DNA of 64,000 nucleotides from Epiperipatus broadwayi (lineage: Eukaryota; Animalia; Onychophora): the NCBI GenBank assembly GCA_028023455.1, contig JAQFVV010000003.1:16120001-16184000 (forward strand), read 5' to 3'. The position numbers and the translations under genes were made by a program. Each line of letters opens with the position of its first letter. Position 1 is the first letter of the stretch. The notes below the pieces were generated by a model, which worked only from the letters and a program-made list of their open reading frames with translations, was not told the DNA's origin and ran no database searches. Positions 1-12,537 of this stretch are shown here, one piece after another.

Positions 1-131
1 TGTTAGTAATATTTTAAAAAATTTAAAAGAAATCTAATTAGTAAAATTTAAAAAAAAAAAAAAAAATTATTAAATGCATTAACTTATTTGCTTTATCAAA
101 TTTTACACATCATTCACTGTATCCAATATAG

Positions 132-1227
132 CAGTGTTCTTCAACCTTTTCATTCATACCTGCAGACCGGCAAAAATAAGGATAAGAATTTCTCAGACTG
201 CCAGAAGTCTATAGATAAATTTTCTTAAAGATTTAAACTGCTTAGCCTTAGATGAGCATAATTGTTATAACTGACCAAAACAACACACTAGTTACTGTGT
301 ATTGTAATGGTGTTGCTTACCTTCACATGCTGAACACTCTTTCACAAGTTGCGCAGTCATACTGCTACAGAAAACAGTACATTCTCATTAATGTGCCTGC
401 ATTGCTACATTTATTATTTCATTGTTAAAACATGCAAAAATAAAATGTTATTCACTGAAGGTTGGGAAATATCACAGCTATTACATGACTATGATTATGA
501 TAAATGTAATATCTGTATTTAATGTTAAATATATCAAGATGAAGTTATATATATATGGAGTTTGTATAATAAAAAACTTTTTTTTTTTTTTTAATTTTGA
601 ATCTGGTGTTATTTTAATCTCATTTTTACCCAATTAAAAAAAAAGAAACAGAAGGAAAAGTTGTTTTGGTAAAGTGTCACATAGAAATAAAACAATCATT
701 ATAAAGATGTCATTTTGTTAAAAAAAAAAAAAAAAAATAGATTTACATTCTTGATGAAGAGAAATCATTATCAATGATCTGTCTCCATTTTGTGGAATTT
801 ACAATTTCAAAAAAAAATGTCATAAAATAAAAAGTTGATACAAATGCAATAAAAAAATTTCTATATATGACCAATAAATGAGCTGACGCAATACAGAAAT
901 GCCTACTAGGTATAGAAATTGACGTGTAAGAAGTGGTGCAATTATCATGAGATTGACACTTTATCTTTTAAAGATTGCATTTTCAGATAAATTCCTTTGA
1001 TTATTATTTCGTAATTATAGTATTATTTAATAATTTAAATAAAATTTTGATTTATAATTAATTTTATTTAAGCAATTGCGATGAAAAAATAAAAATTGTT
1101 TATATTAATTAAAAGTTTAAAATCTTATTATTTTGTTATTACAAACTTTCCTGCCAGTCTAGCATGGACCGGAAGAAAACTTATATGGACCAGTGCCAAT
1201 CCGTGGACCAAGGGTTGAAGACCACTG
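132..1227. mobile_element. Non-autonomous hAT (Buster/Charlie-type) element
   Basis: 15-bp TIRs CAGTGTTCTTCAACC / GGTTGAAGACCACTG (1 mismatch). Perfect 8-bp TSD CAATATAG at 124-131 and 1228-1235, with a central TA. Confidence 0.92.
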
Positions 1228-2462
1228 CAATATAGCTCTAAAATTAAAATATTGGAATAAATTAAGAGGACAGTAAGCAATAGCAAACTACTATAGATAA
1301 TGATAAAGTATCATATTATCCATCTTGACTTTGCACAAAGAATATAATGTATATTTATTGTATATATAAAAAGTACAATTTGTATCAATTGTACCCACAA
1401 GATCAGCAATAAAGGGTTAGTGTGTACTTTTATAGATAAAGAAGTATTTAAGCAAAAAAAAAAGCATCATAACTATTCTTGTAGAAAATGAAATCAAAGA
1501 AAAGTAGCTGTAAAACATTAACAAACTATTCAAGTGATAAAACAATTGTTATTGAACTGTTGCAATGTTTAGCATAATAGATTTCAAGTAGTGGATCTAT
1601 CATTGATAAGCAATTTTTTACTTGCATGTATCTTCTAAAAATATTTAATAATAAATGATAGATGACCGATCCATTGTTCAAAAATGCTATAATGATCACC
1701 CCAAACACAGCGAATAAATGTTGCTATAAAAATATAAATTATTCTTATAAAAATGCATAAATCAACAAAGATTTCTTTAAAAGTTTTTAAGTGAATTCTC
1801 ATATTAAGTAACCTTGTTTTTGCCCAATTTAAATTAAAAAATAGTCAAAGAAAAAAAGCAAGAGTGAAACCTAAATATATTTTTTAAAATGACATTTAAG
1901 TCAATTCTGTATTATTATTTAAATTGATTTTGTTTATTCTTTTATCATTTGGTAAATATTATGTAAATGCTTTAATTAAAATAATTTTATGAGGAATTCT
2001 TTATTCCTTGTTTTAAGGGATCAAAAAATAAATGATAGATGGTAAAATTGATATGGCAGAAATCTATTAGAATTTATAAACCAATGATTACTCACTAAAG
2101 CAAACTATGTTTAAAGATAGCTATTAGTTTTGCATCTAATTCAGATATTATACACAGAGCTTGCAAAATAAGCTCTTAACAAGCTTTGCAAAATATTCTC
2201 AACCCCAGACTGGTTTCTGCTACTGGCTTCCTCAGTGAAGTGCTAGGATATTCAAGCATTAAATTAAAAATACCAGGACAAGTCCAACATTTTATCTAAT
2301 GGATAACTATTAAGTAGAAAATCTGAAATTTTCAAACATCCATGTCTTCCAATCCAGCTATCTAACTTAAATAGCTATATGAGACTGAACCAAATTCAGA
2401 TACACCATATATTAATAGCTTTAGCAATATAAAATTGTGAAAGCCTTAATAGCAAAAAATAA

Positions 2463-2741
2463 AATTACAAAAAAAAATCAAGTCAGATGTCACATGACCT
2501 AATTTAATAAGCTTGTATTACAAATGTTATATATAGGCTTGCAAAATAAGCTCTTAACAAGCTTTGCAGAATATCCCCAAACACAGACCGGTTTCTACTA
2601 CTGGAAACCAAAACCGGTCTGGGGTTGGAGATATTCTGAAAAGTTTGTTAAGAGCTTATTTTGAAAGCTCTATATATAACATTTGTAATACAAGCTTATT
2701 AAATTAGGTCATGCGACATCTGACTTGATTTTTTTGTAATT
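2463..2741. repeat. Long near-perfect palindrome (fold-back duplication)
   Basis: Arms 2463-2594 and 2611-2741 are reverse complements with few mismatches around a spacer of about 16 nt. Part of the left arm also occurs as a direct copy at about 2157-2226. Confidence 0.9.
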
Positions 2742-3429
2742 CAAATATTATAATTCAAAACATTCTGCATTAAAAAAAATAAGCTTGCATAAAGTATATT
2801 ATAGATAATTTTAATATCTTAATAATCACATGCATTTAAAAAATCAAATATTACTTTTTCTAAATATATCTTATTTAATCAATAATTTATATATAAAATG
2901 TTGATTTTATAAATAAAAATAAACTGACATATATTTGCCTTTGAAAGATTTTACACTTCAATTGTTCTCTGAAAGTGTACCTTTGAAATATAAAATGAAA
3001 TATTTTGACCAAAATAAAAAACCTCTCTTTTTAAAAAATGAATGATAAAATGAGAAAAGATTGGAAGCCAAATTAATTGTTTCTGCTTTTTAAAAAAAAT
3101 AAAAATGCTTGAAGTAAATGTGCTTAAATGTAAAAAAAAAAAATTAGCAAGTTAAAAAAATTAATTTTCTTCAACTTTCAGTACTCTTATTATGGGGTTA
3201 AAACAAAAGCTTAAGGCAGTCATGTTTATAAATAGATTTAAGAATATGTCTAAACATGAGTACCACATGCTTTTTAGTTGCATAATATCAAGAATATTGT
3301 GAAAGCTAAAGAAAATTTATTTTTTACTTTCTAATGCATTTTTTATTTTCTATATTTTAGATTTATTAGAGATTAGATAAAATTTAATATTACTAGATGG
3401 CATTACTGCAACGAATATTGAATAAGGTA

Positions 3430-3517
3430 AAGTGGCTAACATGTTTCTCTGGACGTAGTTGCTGAGAGATTCCTGACTCTGTATAAGGAGAAGTCATAGT
3501 GCATCACATCACATACC
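3430..3517 (+). mobile_element. Orphan 3' end of the LINE family at 15190-16686
   Basis: GTGGCTAAC...TTGCTGAGAGATTCCTGAC...CATCACATCACATA aligns with the 3' UTR and CATCA tail at about 16448-16532. Confidence 0.8.
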
Positions 3518-4269
3518 TATAAAATTAAAAGTTTTCACTATTTTTTTTTTCTTAAAATTATTTATAAACTTTAAAAATATATACTGTTATGGGAAATACA
3601 TATTTATATTGAAAGTTTCAACTAGATGACAAATTGGGAAATAGGTTAAAATTGGGTTACATGATTTCTCGGACAGATAGACAAAAAACAGAATAAGTTA
3701 CATAAAAGACTATATTTAAAGTCATCTTTAAATTGTAATAATTATGATTTACTTTTTTTTAATAAAACATCAGTTCAAATTTAAAAAACAACAACAATGT
3801 CCATGTGAAAAAATATTGCATTGGATCATGACTTGTTGATAATAGATGCCGAAAAAGACAACTCAAAAAACATGGATCTGTAAAATTACTGATTTCAGAA
3901 ACAAATAAAGCAGGAAATAGATGTGGGGAAAAATACATACTTATACAATAGACCAAGAATTCATTGTAGACATTTTGAGAAATATACATTTTTTAAGTAA
4001 AAAAAATTGTTTTATATTTTGCCTGTATTATTTCTATCTCATATACTAATATAATATCTGATAAAAAGTTAAATAAGGATCACATTTTTATTAATAAAAG
4101 TATAACATTATTATTTTTGCCACAACTCGGATGCAATTTTGTAGTACAGAATTCATTTATAGTAATTATCAGTAATACAACTGTTATTGAATAACCGGTT
4201 GCTTCAAAAGATATTTATATGTATTAAAGATTTATGAACAGGAAAATTCTGTGATGTAATCTAGATAAA

Positions 4270-4453
4270 TATTTCACTTATGATGTAACGAAAACCCAAC
4301 CAAATAAAATTTCAAACTGAAACCATATGATGTAGAAAATAATAACAGAATCTAACTTAGATAGGTTCTATTATTTGTTAGATCGTATGGTTTCAGTTTG
4401 TCTCTTTCAGTTTTAATTGATTGTATCTTTGGTCACATTCATATGTGAAATAT
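4270..4453. mobile_element. Palindromic MITE-like element
   Basis: CAAACTGAAACCATATGAT.../...ATCGTATGGTTTCAGTTTG inner arms and ATATTTCAC/GTGAAATAT outer ends form an imperfect hairpin of about 185 bp. Confidence 0.7.
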
Positions 4454-4879
4454 ATAAATTATTGCACCCCAGAAATTCCCATTTATATTTAATATATACA
4501 TGTGAAGTATACACATCTTTATATAATATAAACACTAAAATGCAATTATCCCTAGGTTTGGGTCATTGATATTCAAGAGAAAATTATTCTACAATAATTT
4601 ATAAATAAAACCTGCCTTACATTTAATGACATAAGTAATGCTCAGGTGCCAAAACACCAAAGTGATAAATTGAGTAAACAGTTCGCCAAACACACACACA
4701 CATATATATTAATTCCACTATCTTAACAGCTATTGATTGTCAAAATTAGAAGTAATTTTTTTCCAGATAACATAAATAAGCAGTAGTAGGCTAACTTTAT
4801 TTGCAAGAGTCAGAAATAACATTAGATACTCCTAACAGTGGAAAAACATAATGAAGTTCAATCTTTATTGATCTGAAAA

Positions 4880-7800
4880 CTAATCATTATCAAAAGTATT
4901 CTGTCAAATGGGCAGATCCAGAGAGTAGTCACATTATCAATTCATCCATTTCTCCAATCCATTCTCTTCCTTGCCTAGAGAAATTATATGTAACTCTTCC
5001 CATCTCTTATATCATCCAACAATGTCAATCTCTTCCATTCTTTCTTCTTACTTCCACTCACCATTCCCTTCAAAACATCTTTCATTAGACTAATTTCTTC
5101 TTAGCACATGTCCAATCTAGTTTCTTTTTCTCTCTCTGATGTCCTCAATCAATCTATTTTTCATTTACTCTTTTCAAAACTTCATTTATTTTATTCATTC
5201 AACTGATTTTTTCCATTCTTCTCCATGTCCATATCTCAAAAGCTTCCAATCAGTTCCTAATTTTATTACTCACAGTCCATGTTTCACAACCATACATTAG
5301 TACATTCCATACATAGCATTTATTTCTTTTTCTTAATTTAACTTTTCAAAGGTCCATAAAATATCTTTCTCTTAATAAATGCCTCCTTTGCCAATGCTAT
5401 TATTCTTTCAACTTCACTTCTTCCATCTTCACACAACCAACTACCCAAATGTTTAAATCCCTTTACCTGTTGAAGTTATCACAGATTACAATTTGCAGTC
5501 TTCCTGTATTTCTCCCTATCTATAAACACAAGTCTTCTCAATATTGATCTCTCTATATTTCATATATCTTTCCAATTTATTTAACATACTTTGAAGACAC
5601 TTTCATCCCGATATAAGAGCCATATCATCTGCAAATGTTATACATTTTATTATTCTACCTCCAACACTTGATTCCTCTAGTCTAAATAATTATTTAGCAT
5701 GACTTCTAAATAAATATTAAAAAGAATAGGTGACATACTGCATCATTTCCTAACTCCACTTTTTACATTAATTTCATCACTCTCCAATTTCTTATTTGTC
5801 TAGTATATATATTCCAAATCAATCTTCTTTTTCCAAAATGCCCTTTTATCTTTTAAGATGGACATAAGTTTATTCCAGACTATCAAATGCTTTTTCCAAA
5901 TCCATAAAATATATACAAATTCCTTTATCTTTTTCAATATATCTCTGCAACACCAATAGCATCTCTTGTAATTTTCCCTCTCTGAAAATCAAAGTGTTCT
6001 TCTCCAATACAATACTCTACTTTCCCATAAATTCTCTGAGTTAAAATTCTCAATAAAACTTTAGAAGAATGATATAACAAACTTATTGTTCTATACTCTT
6101 CACATTTAACAGCTTACTTTTTTTTTTAAGCAGTAGAAAACATTATAGTTCTTAAACAATATTCATGCCAAATTCCATTGTTATATATCAAATTGCAAAA
6201 TCCAACAAATTCCTTCATAGTAAATTCTCCCATTTCTTTCAAAAATTCTATAGGTATTGCACCAAATCCAACACAGCCTTATCATTCTTCATTTGTGCAA
6301 TTGACATTCTTACTTCATCTGGCAATATGTCCATACCTTTACCATCTATTTCAATATCTTCATTTTTCAAAGTTCATAATTCAAAAAATTCTTATCTACT
6401 AAATAGACACTGAAGATATTATTTTCATCTTTTTAATACATCATTGCTATCAGTTAATTTCTTTCCATTCTTATCTGCAATCTCGCTATCCATGTCTTTC
6501 TTCCAAGTGACATTTCGTATTTCTATCAAATACCAGGTCATATCTTTTCACCTGTTGAACATTCTTACTCTATTTTTCTTTGCTAAATCCATTTCTCTTC
6601 TTAGTTCATTATTAATTTAGTCTTCCATCTTTTCCAACATACCTCCAGCTATCCAAGGACTATTTCATTTTTTGCCATTGCTCAGAATCCTTTAATTCTG
6701 CACCAGCACTTACCAGGACTATTAATACATTCCTCATCTTGAACAATCCTTTTTATTTCATTTTCAAATATTAAACCAAATTTTTTTTTCCACTTCTCTC
6801 AATTTATCCAAGTTCCATCTTACATTTTCCCTCTTTTAAAACTCAATTTTAATTTAGCCATAACTAAATTATGATCTGAATTTATATTAGCACCAGGCAA
6901 AGCATGTGAACTCTTAATACTATTCTTGTATCTATCCTGAATCAATATATAATAAATTTGATAATGTTCTCTATCAGCTGGAGATTTCCATTTTTACAAT
7001 CTTCTAATATGGTTTTTAAAAAAAGTGTTTGCAATCACAAACCCATTCTCCTTACAAAATTGTACAAGTCAGCTACATCTTAATTTCTTTTTCTATCATA
7101 ATTTCCAACAAATTTTCCTTAACTTTCTCCACAACAGCATTCCAATCACAATAGTAATATACACGCATTTTTCCCTTCACCTTGGATAATTTCCTCTATT
7201 TTCTCATATATTTCATCAATTTCAATATTGTGACTAATAGTCAGCATATAAACTTGTATGATTAACAAATCCCTAGGATTTGCATTTATTCTTATCATCA
7301 TAAACCTATCATTGATAAAATCAACCTTTGCGACCCTACTTCAAATTTTCTTTCTCACAGCAATGCCAACTCCATTAATTGATTTATCACTACCTTACTT
7401 CCCTATATCCCTTCCACCTCACTTCACTTAATTCTATAACATCAATATTATTTATATACAACCCTCTTTCCAATTTCCCAGCTCTTCTCAAAAATCTAAC
7501 ATTACATATGACAATCCTCAATGTGTCTTCTTTCAATGAATCTAGTTTATGAGGATTTCATAGGTTTATGACCTGAGTAGTCTCATGTTTACTCTTGCTA
7601 GGCAAGACACCAAAGCCATTCTTAACTAAGGTCTCAACACCAAATATAGTGATTATGTAAACATACTCATAATAAAACAAGGAAATTATAAGACAAAATG
7701 GTTTCCCATTGCCTTTTTTACCCAGGAGTAGTCTCCATAACAAGCTTAGTGCACTAATTAAATCTCATAAAATGAGCACCCACCTACTGCTACCTCCTCA

Positions 7801-8070
7801 TTGTTGTCCCTATAGTGATTTTCTGCTGACTTGGAAGAATGCTGTTGCTGACCCAGTATCCAATGGGGTGTTGACATATTTAACGGCGGTCAACACTCTC
7901 CATTATACATCCAGTCATGGGAATTCTGGCATTTTATAGTAAACATGCCACTGTCTCCACCACTTCCTGGTAGTCAATGTTGTTCCATTGTCAGTGACTG
8001 TTTATTTACTGTACTTTGTTTATTTGCAGCTAACCTTCATATCTGAAGACCATTCCCCTATCTGCAAACT
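4880..8070 (-). mobile_element. Degenerate RTE-clade LINE (AP endonuclease + RT)
   Basis: Minus-strand frames give endonuclease motifs (GVGIAV, IIQVY, DWNAVV, SDHNLV) at about 6850-7500 and RT motif FADDMA at about 5619-5636. Many stops and frameshifts. The 7560-8070 part is only tentatively the 5' UTR. Confidence 0.88.
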
Positions 8071-9411
8071 GGGGATGCAATTTACTCTTCACACAAATTT
8101 ATTTTAGTAAAAAAAAAACCACATTCAACAAATGGAATTAAAACATTTAACTGTAAAATAAAGTTACAAAAAGCTTAAACAAATATTTGTATTTTCAACA
8201 TTAATGTGAAAAGGGTGCAATTAACTGGTAGATTTGATGATAGTATACCAGGAATGGCCAAACTTCATATCTATATAAGCCACATGTTAATGTATTCAAA
8301 AGCCACCATTAAATTTTTGAAGTATTCAATAGAAGCAAACATTTGACTTATAATTTTCGGATAAGTTTCAATAATGTATCATATTTCCAGGAACTAGCAA
8401 CAATAAAAGCATCAAATTTGACAACATAAACAATCATTATAAAATTGTCACTACAAAAGAATAAAGCATATATGGTTTCAAAATAAAATGTAAATACATC
8501 ATCTTAATATAAACTATATCAAGAGTTTATTTCAAAAGTTTTATAAGATATCTTGAACTTTCTAGAGAGTTGCATGTGGTTTGCAAGGCAATTTGTCCAC
8601 AGTAGGTATATGCCAAAATGAAGTAGCATAATTCTCCTGGATACATTTTATTTGATAGCTGTAATTAACTTCAAGTTTATTTGTAAACCATTAATGTAAA
8701 AATAAGTAATCAACAGATCACAATTCCCAGACTAGTTCCTATTGGAAACTTGTCTGGAAATATGTGATACTGCCATTGGATAATTCTCCAGAATATTTTG
8801 TCACTCTATTAAAATGAGCAAGATATGACCCTTCATTTTATTCCTATGTTACTAAGAATACATTAAGTGGAAGTACATGGCAGTCAATTTCTGTGAATAA
8901 AGCAGATATAATATGCTGACTTTTTTTTTTAAAAAAAAACAACACTATTACTACAGTATCTTGACATCTTTTCAATATTCAATAAGTAATATACATATTT
9001 AATATTTATTTATCTATCTATCAAATGATGTTTGAGAATCAAATTATATTTGTTTCTAATTTCCTTTCTCAAACCATTTTCATCATAAGGTTTAAACTAT
9101 TCAGGGCAAATAGACTTCATATATAAATATAGTTATAATTAGATATCAACCAGTAACCGCCTAAACATTCACAGTAAAGATAGGAATCAATATTCCTCAC
9201 TGCTGTCAAGGCAACCTTCTCACCTTTTAATAGCAAGAATGGAAATCCATTCTTACTAATGGTCCATTGAATTTATATGGACCCAAAGATTGCAACTTGA
9301 CTACAGAGTATAAAATATTGATACAATGAAGTCTAAATAAACCTCTTTAAACATGTCACTGTAATGCAGACTAATAAAGTCTATTATAACATTACACACT
9401 GCGATTCTTGC

Positions 9412-9609
9412 GTATTTGCCAACTGATGACGTATTGCCCTGAAGCCATATCAGTCTGACCTTGCGATCTTTAAGATAACGTCTCCAAGTGATTTACAGAC
9501 AATTGCAATAGCTAAAATTTGTCCGCAGATCAAGTGGACCTGGCACGTTAAAGATTGCAACATCAGACTGATATGGATTCAGGGCAATACGTCATCGGTT
9601 GGCAAATAC
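9412..9609. mobile_element. MITE with ~60-bp TIRs
   Basis: GTATTTGCCAACTGATGACGTATTGCCCTGAAGCCATATCAGTCTGA... is inverted at the right end (...TCAGACTGATATGGATTCAGGGCAATACGTCATCGGTTGGCAAATAC). Confidence 0.85.
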
Positions 9610-9880
9610 TAAAAAAAAATAAAGAAAAAATAAAAAAAAATATACATGCATGTGGCAAAATAATTTAGAAATTAAAAGTAATTAATATAATAATTGTATA
9701 ATTATTATAGTAATTCTATAATTGCAGAAATATGTACATATTTTTTTTTAAATTTAAAATAAATATACAAATAAAGAACACTTTTCCCGATTTAATGCGA
9801 ATCTGGCATTATTAATGTCAAAGTGGAAAATTAATTACAACGGTCTAACAAAAAAAAAAAATTAAAAAAAATGTACTTGT

Positions 9881-10419
9881 ATGAAAAAATTATATTATCT
9901 TTACAAATTTTGCGATGTGATTTAACTCAATTATTCATGTTAAAAATATATAAAACAGGTTCTAGTCTAAAAAAAAACAACTATATTATAATTTATAACA
10001 CCACCCTATATTATGCTCAATTATAAAATACAGCGTGTAGCACTGAAATTGGCAGGGGGGCTCCGATGTTTTTGACGAGCCAAAGGCTCGGCGTACACCT
10101 ATATCAGACATTGTATTACTCTCATAGCTGTAATTTTTATAATTGCCGATGAAAAAATTATATTATCTTTACAAATATTGTGATGTGATTTAACTCAATT
10201 ATTCATGTTAAAAATATATAAAACAGGTTCTAGCCTAAAAAAAAAACTATATTATAATTTACAAAACCACCCTATATTATGCTCAATTATAAAATACAGC
10301 GTGAGCGCTGGAATTGGCGGGGGGGCCTCCAATGTTTTTGATGAGCCAAAGGCTCGGTGTATACCTATATCAGACATTGTATTACTCTCATAGCTGTAAT
10401 TTTTATAATTGCCGATGAA
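9881..10419 (+). repeat. Tandem duplication, 268-bp period
   Basis: Units start at 9881 and 10149 and are highly similar. Each has a GC-rich core with the GAGCC-AAA-GGCTC hairpin. Confidence 0.93.
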
Positions 10420-10792
10420 TTTACGAAAAAAAATTTCTGTATGATATAATTCAGAAATTAAAAATAAAATTAATTGTAATTTTTATAATTGCAGAATAAT
10501 TTACAAAATAATATACATCAAAATGGCATTACTTATTAAAAACAAAAATGGAAATTACTTACAAATAGCGTCCATTGCGGTGGACTAGTAGCAAAAGACA
10601 GACAAATGACAAAATTTCCCAAAGCTCTCTCCGATTTTTAAATCTCACGGGTCAAAAAAATCCAAAAATTGGATTAATCATGTCAGTCTCTTGGTTGACA
10701 TGACAACGTTGTCATGCAAAAATCGACGATGTCTACCGGAAGGGAAATTGGTAAGTGTAATACGTCATCAGTTGAATTATCCGTAACTACCC

Positions 10793-12033
10793 AAACTGCA
10801 ATACTTTTAAATTGCTCATGTATTATTTAAAAATAATAAATAAAATAGTGCTTAAAGCTAAATGAGATAATGATGTAATTAGATATCAACCAGTAACCAT
10901 CTAAACATTCACAGTAAAGATAGTAATCAATATTTCTCACTGCTGTCAAGGCAACTCACCTTTTAATAGCAAAAATGGAAATCCATTCTTACTAATGGTC
11001 CATTGAATATATATGGACACTTAAAGATTGCAACTTGACTACAGAGTATGAAATATTGATACAATGAAGTTTAAATAAACCTCTTTAAACATGTCACTGT
11101 AATGCAGACTAATAAATAGTCAATTATAACATTACAAACTGCAATACTTTTAAATTGCTCATGTATTATTTGGAAATAATGGATTTCCATTCTTGCTATT
11201 AAAAGGTGAGAAGGTTGCCTTGACAGCAGTGAGAAATATTGATTACTATCTTTATTGTGAATGTTTAGGGAGTTACTGGTTGGTATCTAATTACATCATT
11301 ATCCCATTTAGCTTTAAGAACTATTTCACTTATTATTTATAAATAATACATGAGCAATTTAAAAGTACTGCAGTTTGTAATGTTATAATTGACTATTTAT
11401 TAGTCTGCATTACAGTGACATGTTTAAAGAGGTTTATTTAAACTTCATTGTATCAATATTTCATACTCTGTAGTCAAGTTGCAATCTTTAAGTGTCCATA
11501 TATATTCAATGGACCACTAGTAAGAATGGATTTCCATTCTTGCTATTAAAAGGTGAAAAGGTTGTCTTGGCAGCAGTGAGAAATATTGATTACTATCTTT
11601 ATTGTGAATGTTTAGGGAGTTACTGGTTGGTATCTAATTACATCATTATCCCATTTAGCTTTAAGCACTATTTCACTTATTATTTCTAAATAATACATGA
11701 GCAATTTAAAAGTATTGCAGTTTGTAATGTTATAATTGACTATTTATTAGTCTGCATTACAGTGACATATTTATTTCATGTTTAAAGAGGTTTATTTAAA
11801 CTTCATTGTATCAATATTTCATATTCTGTAGTCAAGTTGCAATGTTTAAGTGTCCATATATATTCAATGGACCATTTAGTAAGAATGGATTTCCATTCTT
11901 GCTACTAAAAGGTGAGAAGGTTGCCTTGATAGCAGTGAGAAATATTGATAACTATCTTTACTGTGAATGTTTAGGTGGTTACTGATTGATCTCTAATTAC
12001 ATCATTATCCCATTTAGCTTTAAGCACTATTTC
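10793..12033. repeat. Array of ~345-360-bp units with an internal inversion
   Basis: About 1.1 plus copies (10793-11170), then about 2.4 minus copies starting near 11178, 11524 and 11884. Confidence 0.93.
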
Positions 12034-12537
12034 AAATATAGTTATAAATAAAGTTGTTATATTCTATTAGTAAATACATCATTTCCTGCTCTGGGTGGTT
12101 TATGTGCAGTGGTAGAATAACATTCAAAGCAATTTTTAGCTGAGAAACAAATATAAAAAAATTCAGTTCAATGTAAACTGAAATAGAATTGTTAAATGAT
12201 CAAATCAGTCATAAGTATGCTTGGATTCATATGACCTCTTGAACAATCAACTATACAAACAATTAATCAATGGCAAATTTTCATATATAAAATATAACTG
12301 CAAAAAATTTCTATTCTGATAATCAACACAGCCAATAAGAGTAATTTTTATACTGCAAAGTAATAGAAGTGACGAGGTACATATATGTGATTATATATTT
12401 ATGTAATGGCTAACAGAAAAAATTCAATCCAATTATTCTACAAATTCTTGAAATCATATTCTAAATTGTAAAAGGAATTGGGTATTTAATATAAGTTAAA
12501 CTGAAAAAAAGATATAAAGAGAATGGTGCTGATATGC

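Larger units (their letters stand above)
9139..12033. mobile_element. Composite fold-back structure with repeat-built inverted ends
   Basis: Begins with a plus copy of a ~345-bp unit (9136-9400) and ends with minus copies of the same unit. Flanked by the direct repeat AAATATAGTTATAA at 9125-9138 and 12034-12047. Confidence 0.6.

Noticed and set aside
422-637. Short AT-rich ORFs such as 422-637 and most other ORF-track entries
   Set aside because: F/I/K/L/Y-rich translations expected by chance in DNA this AT-rich, many inside repeats. No homology recognised.
6165-6413. Plus-strand ORFs 6165-6413 and 6178-6402
   Set aside because: Antisense shadows of the minus-strand RTE LINE.
8200-8900. Possible Tc1 transposase or hAT TIR traces (CAGGAATGGCCAAACT near 8248)
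   Set aside because: Motifs too degraded and no matching second TIR found.
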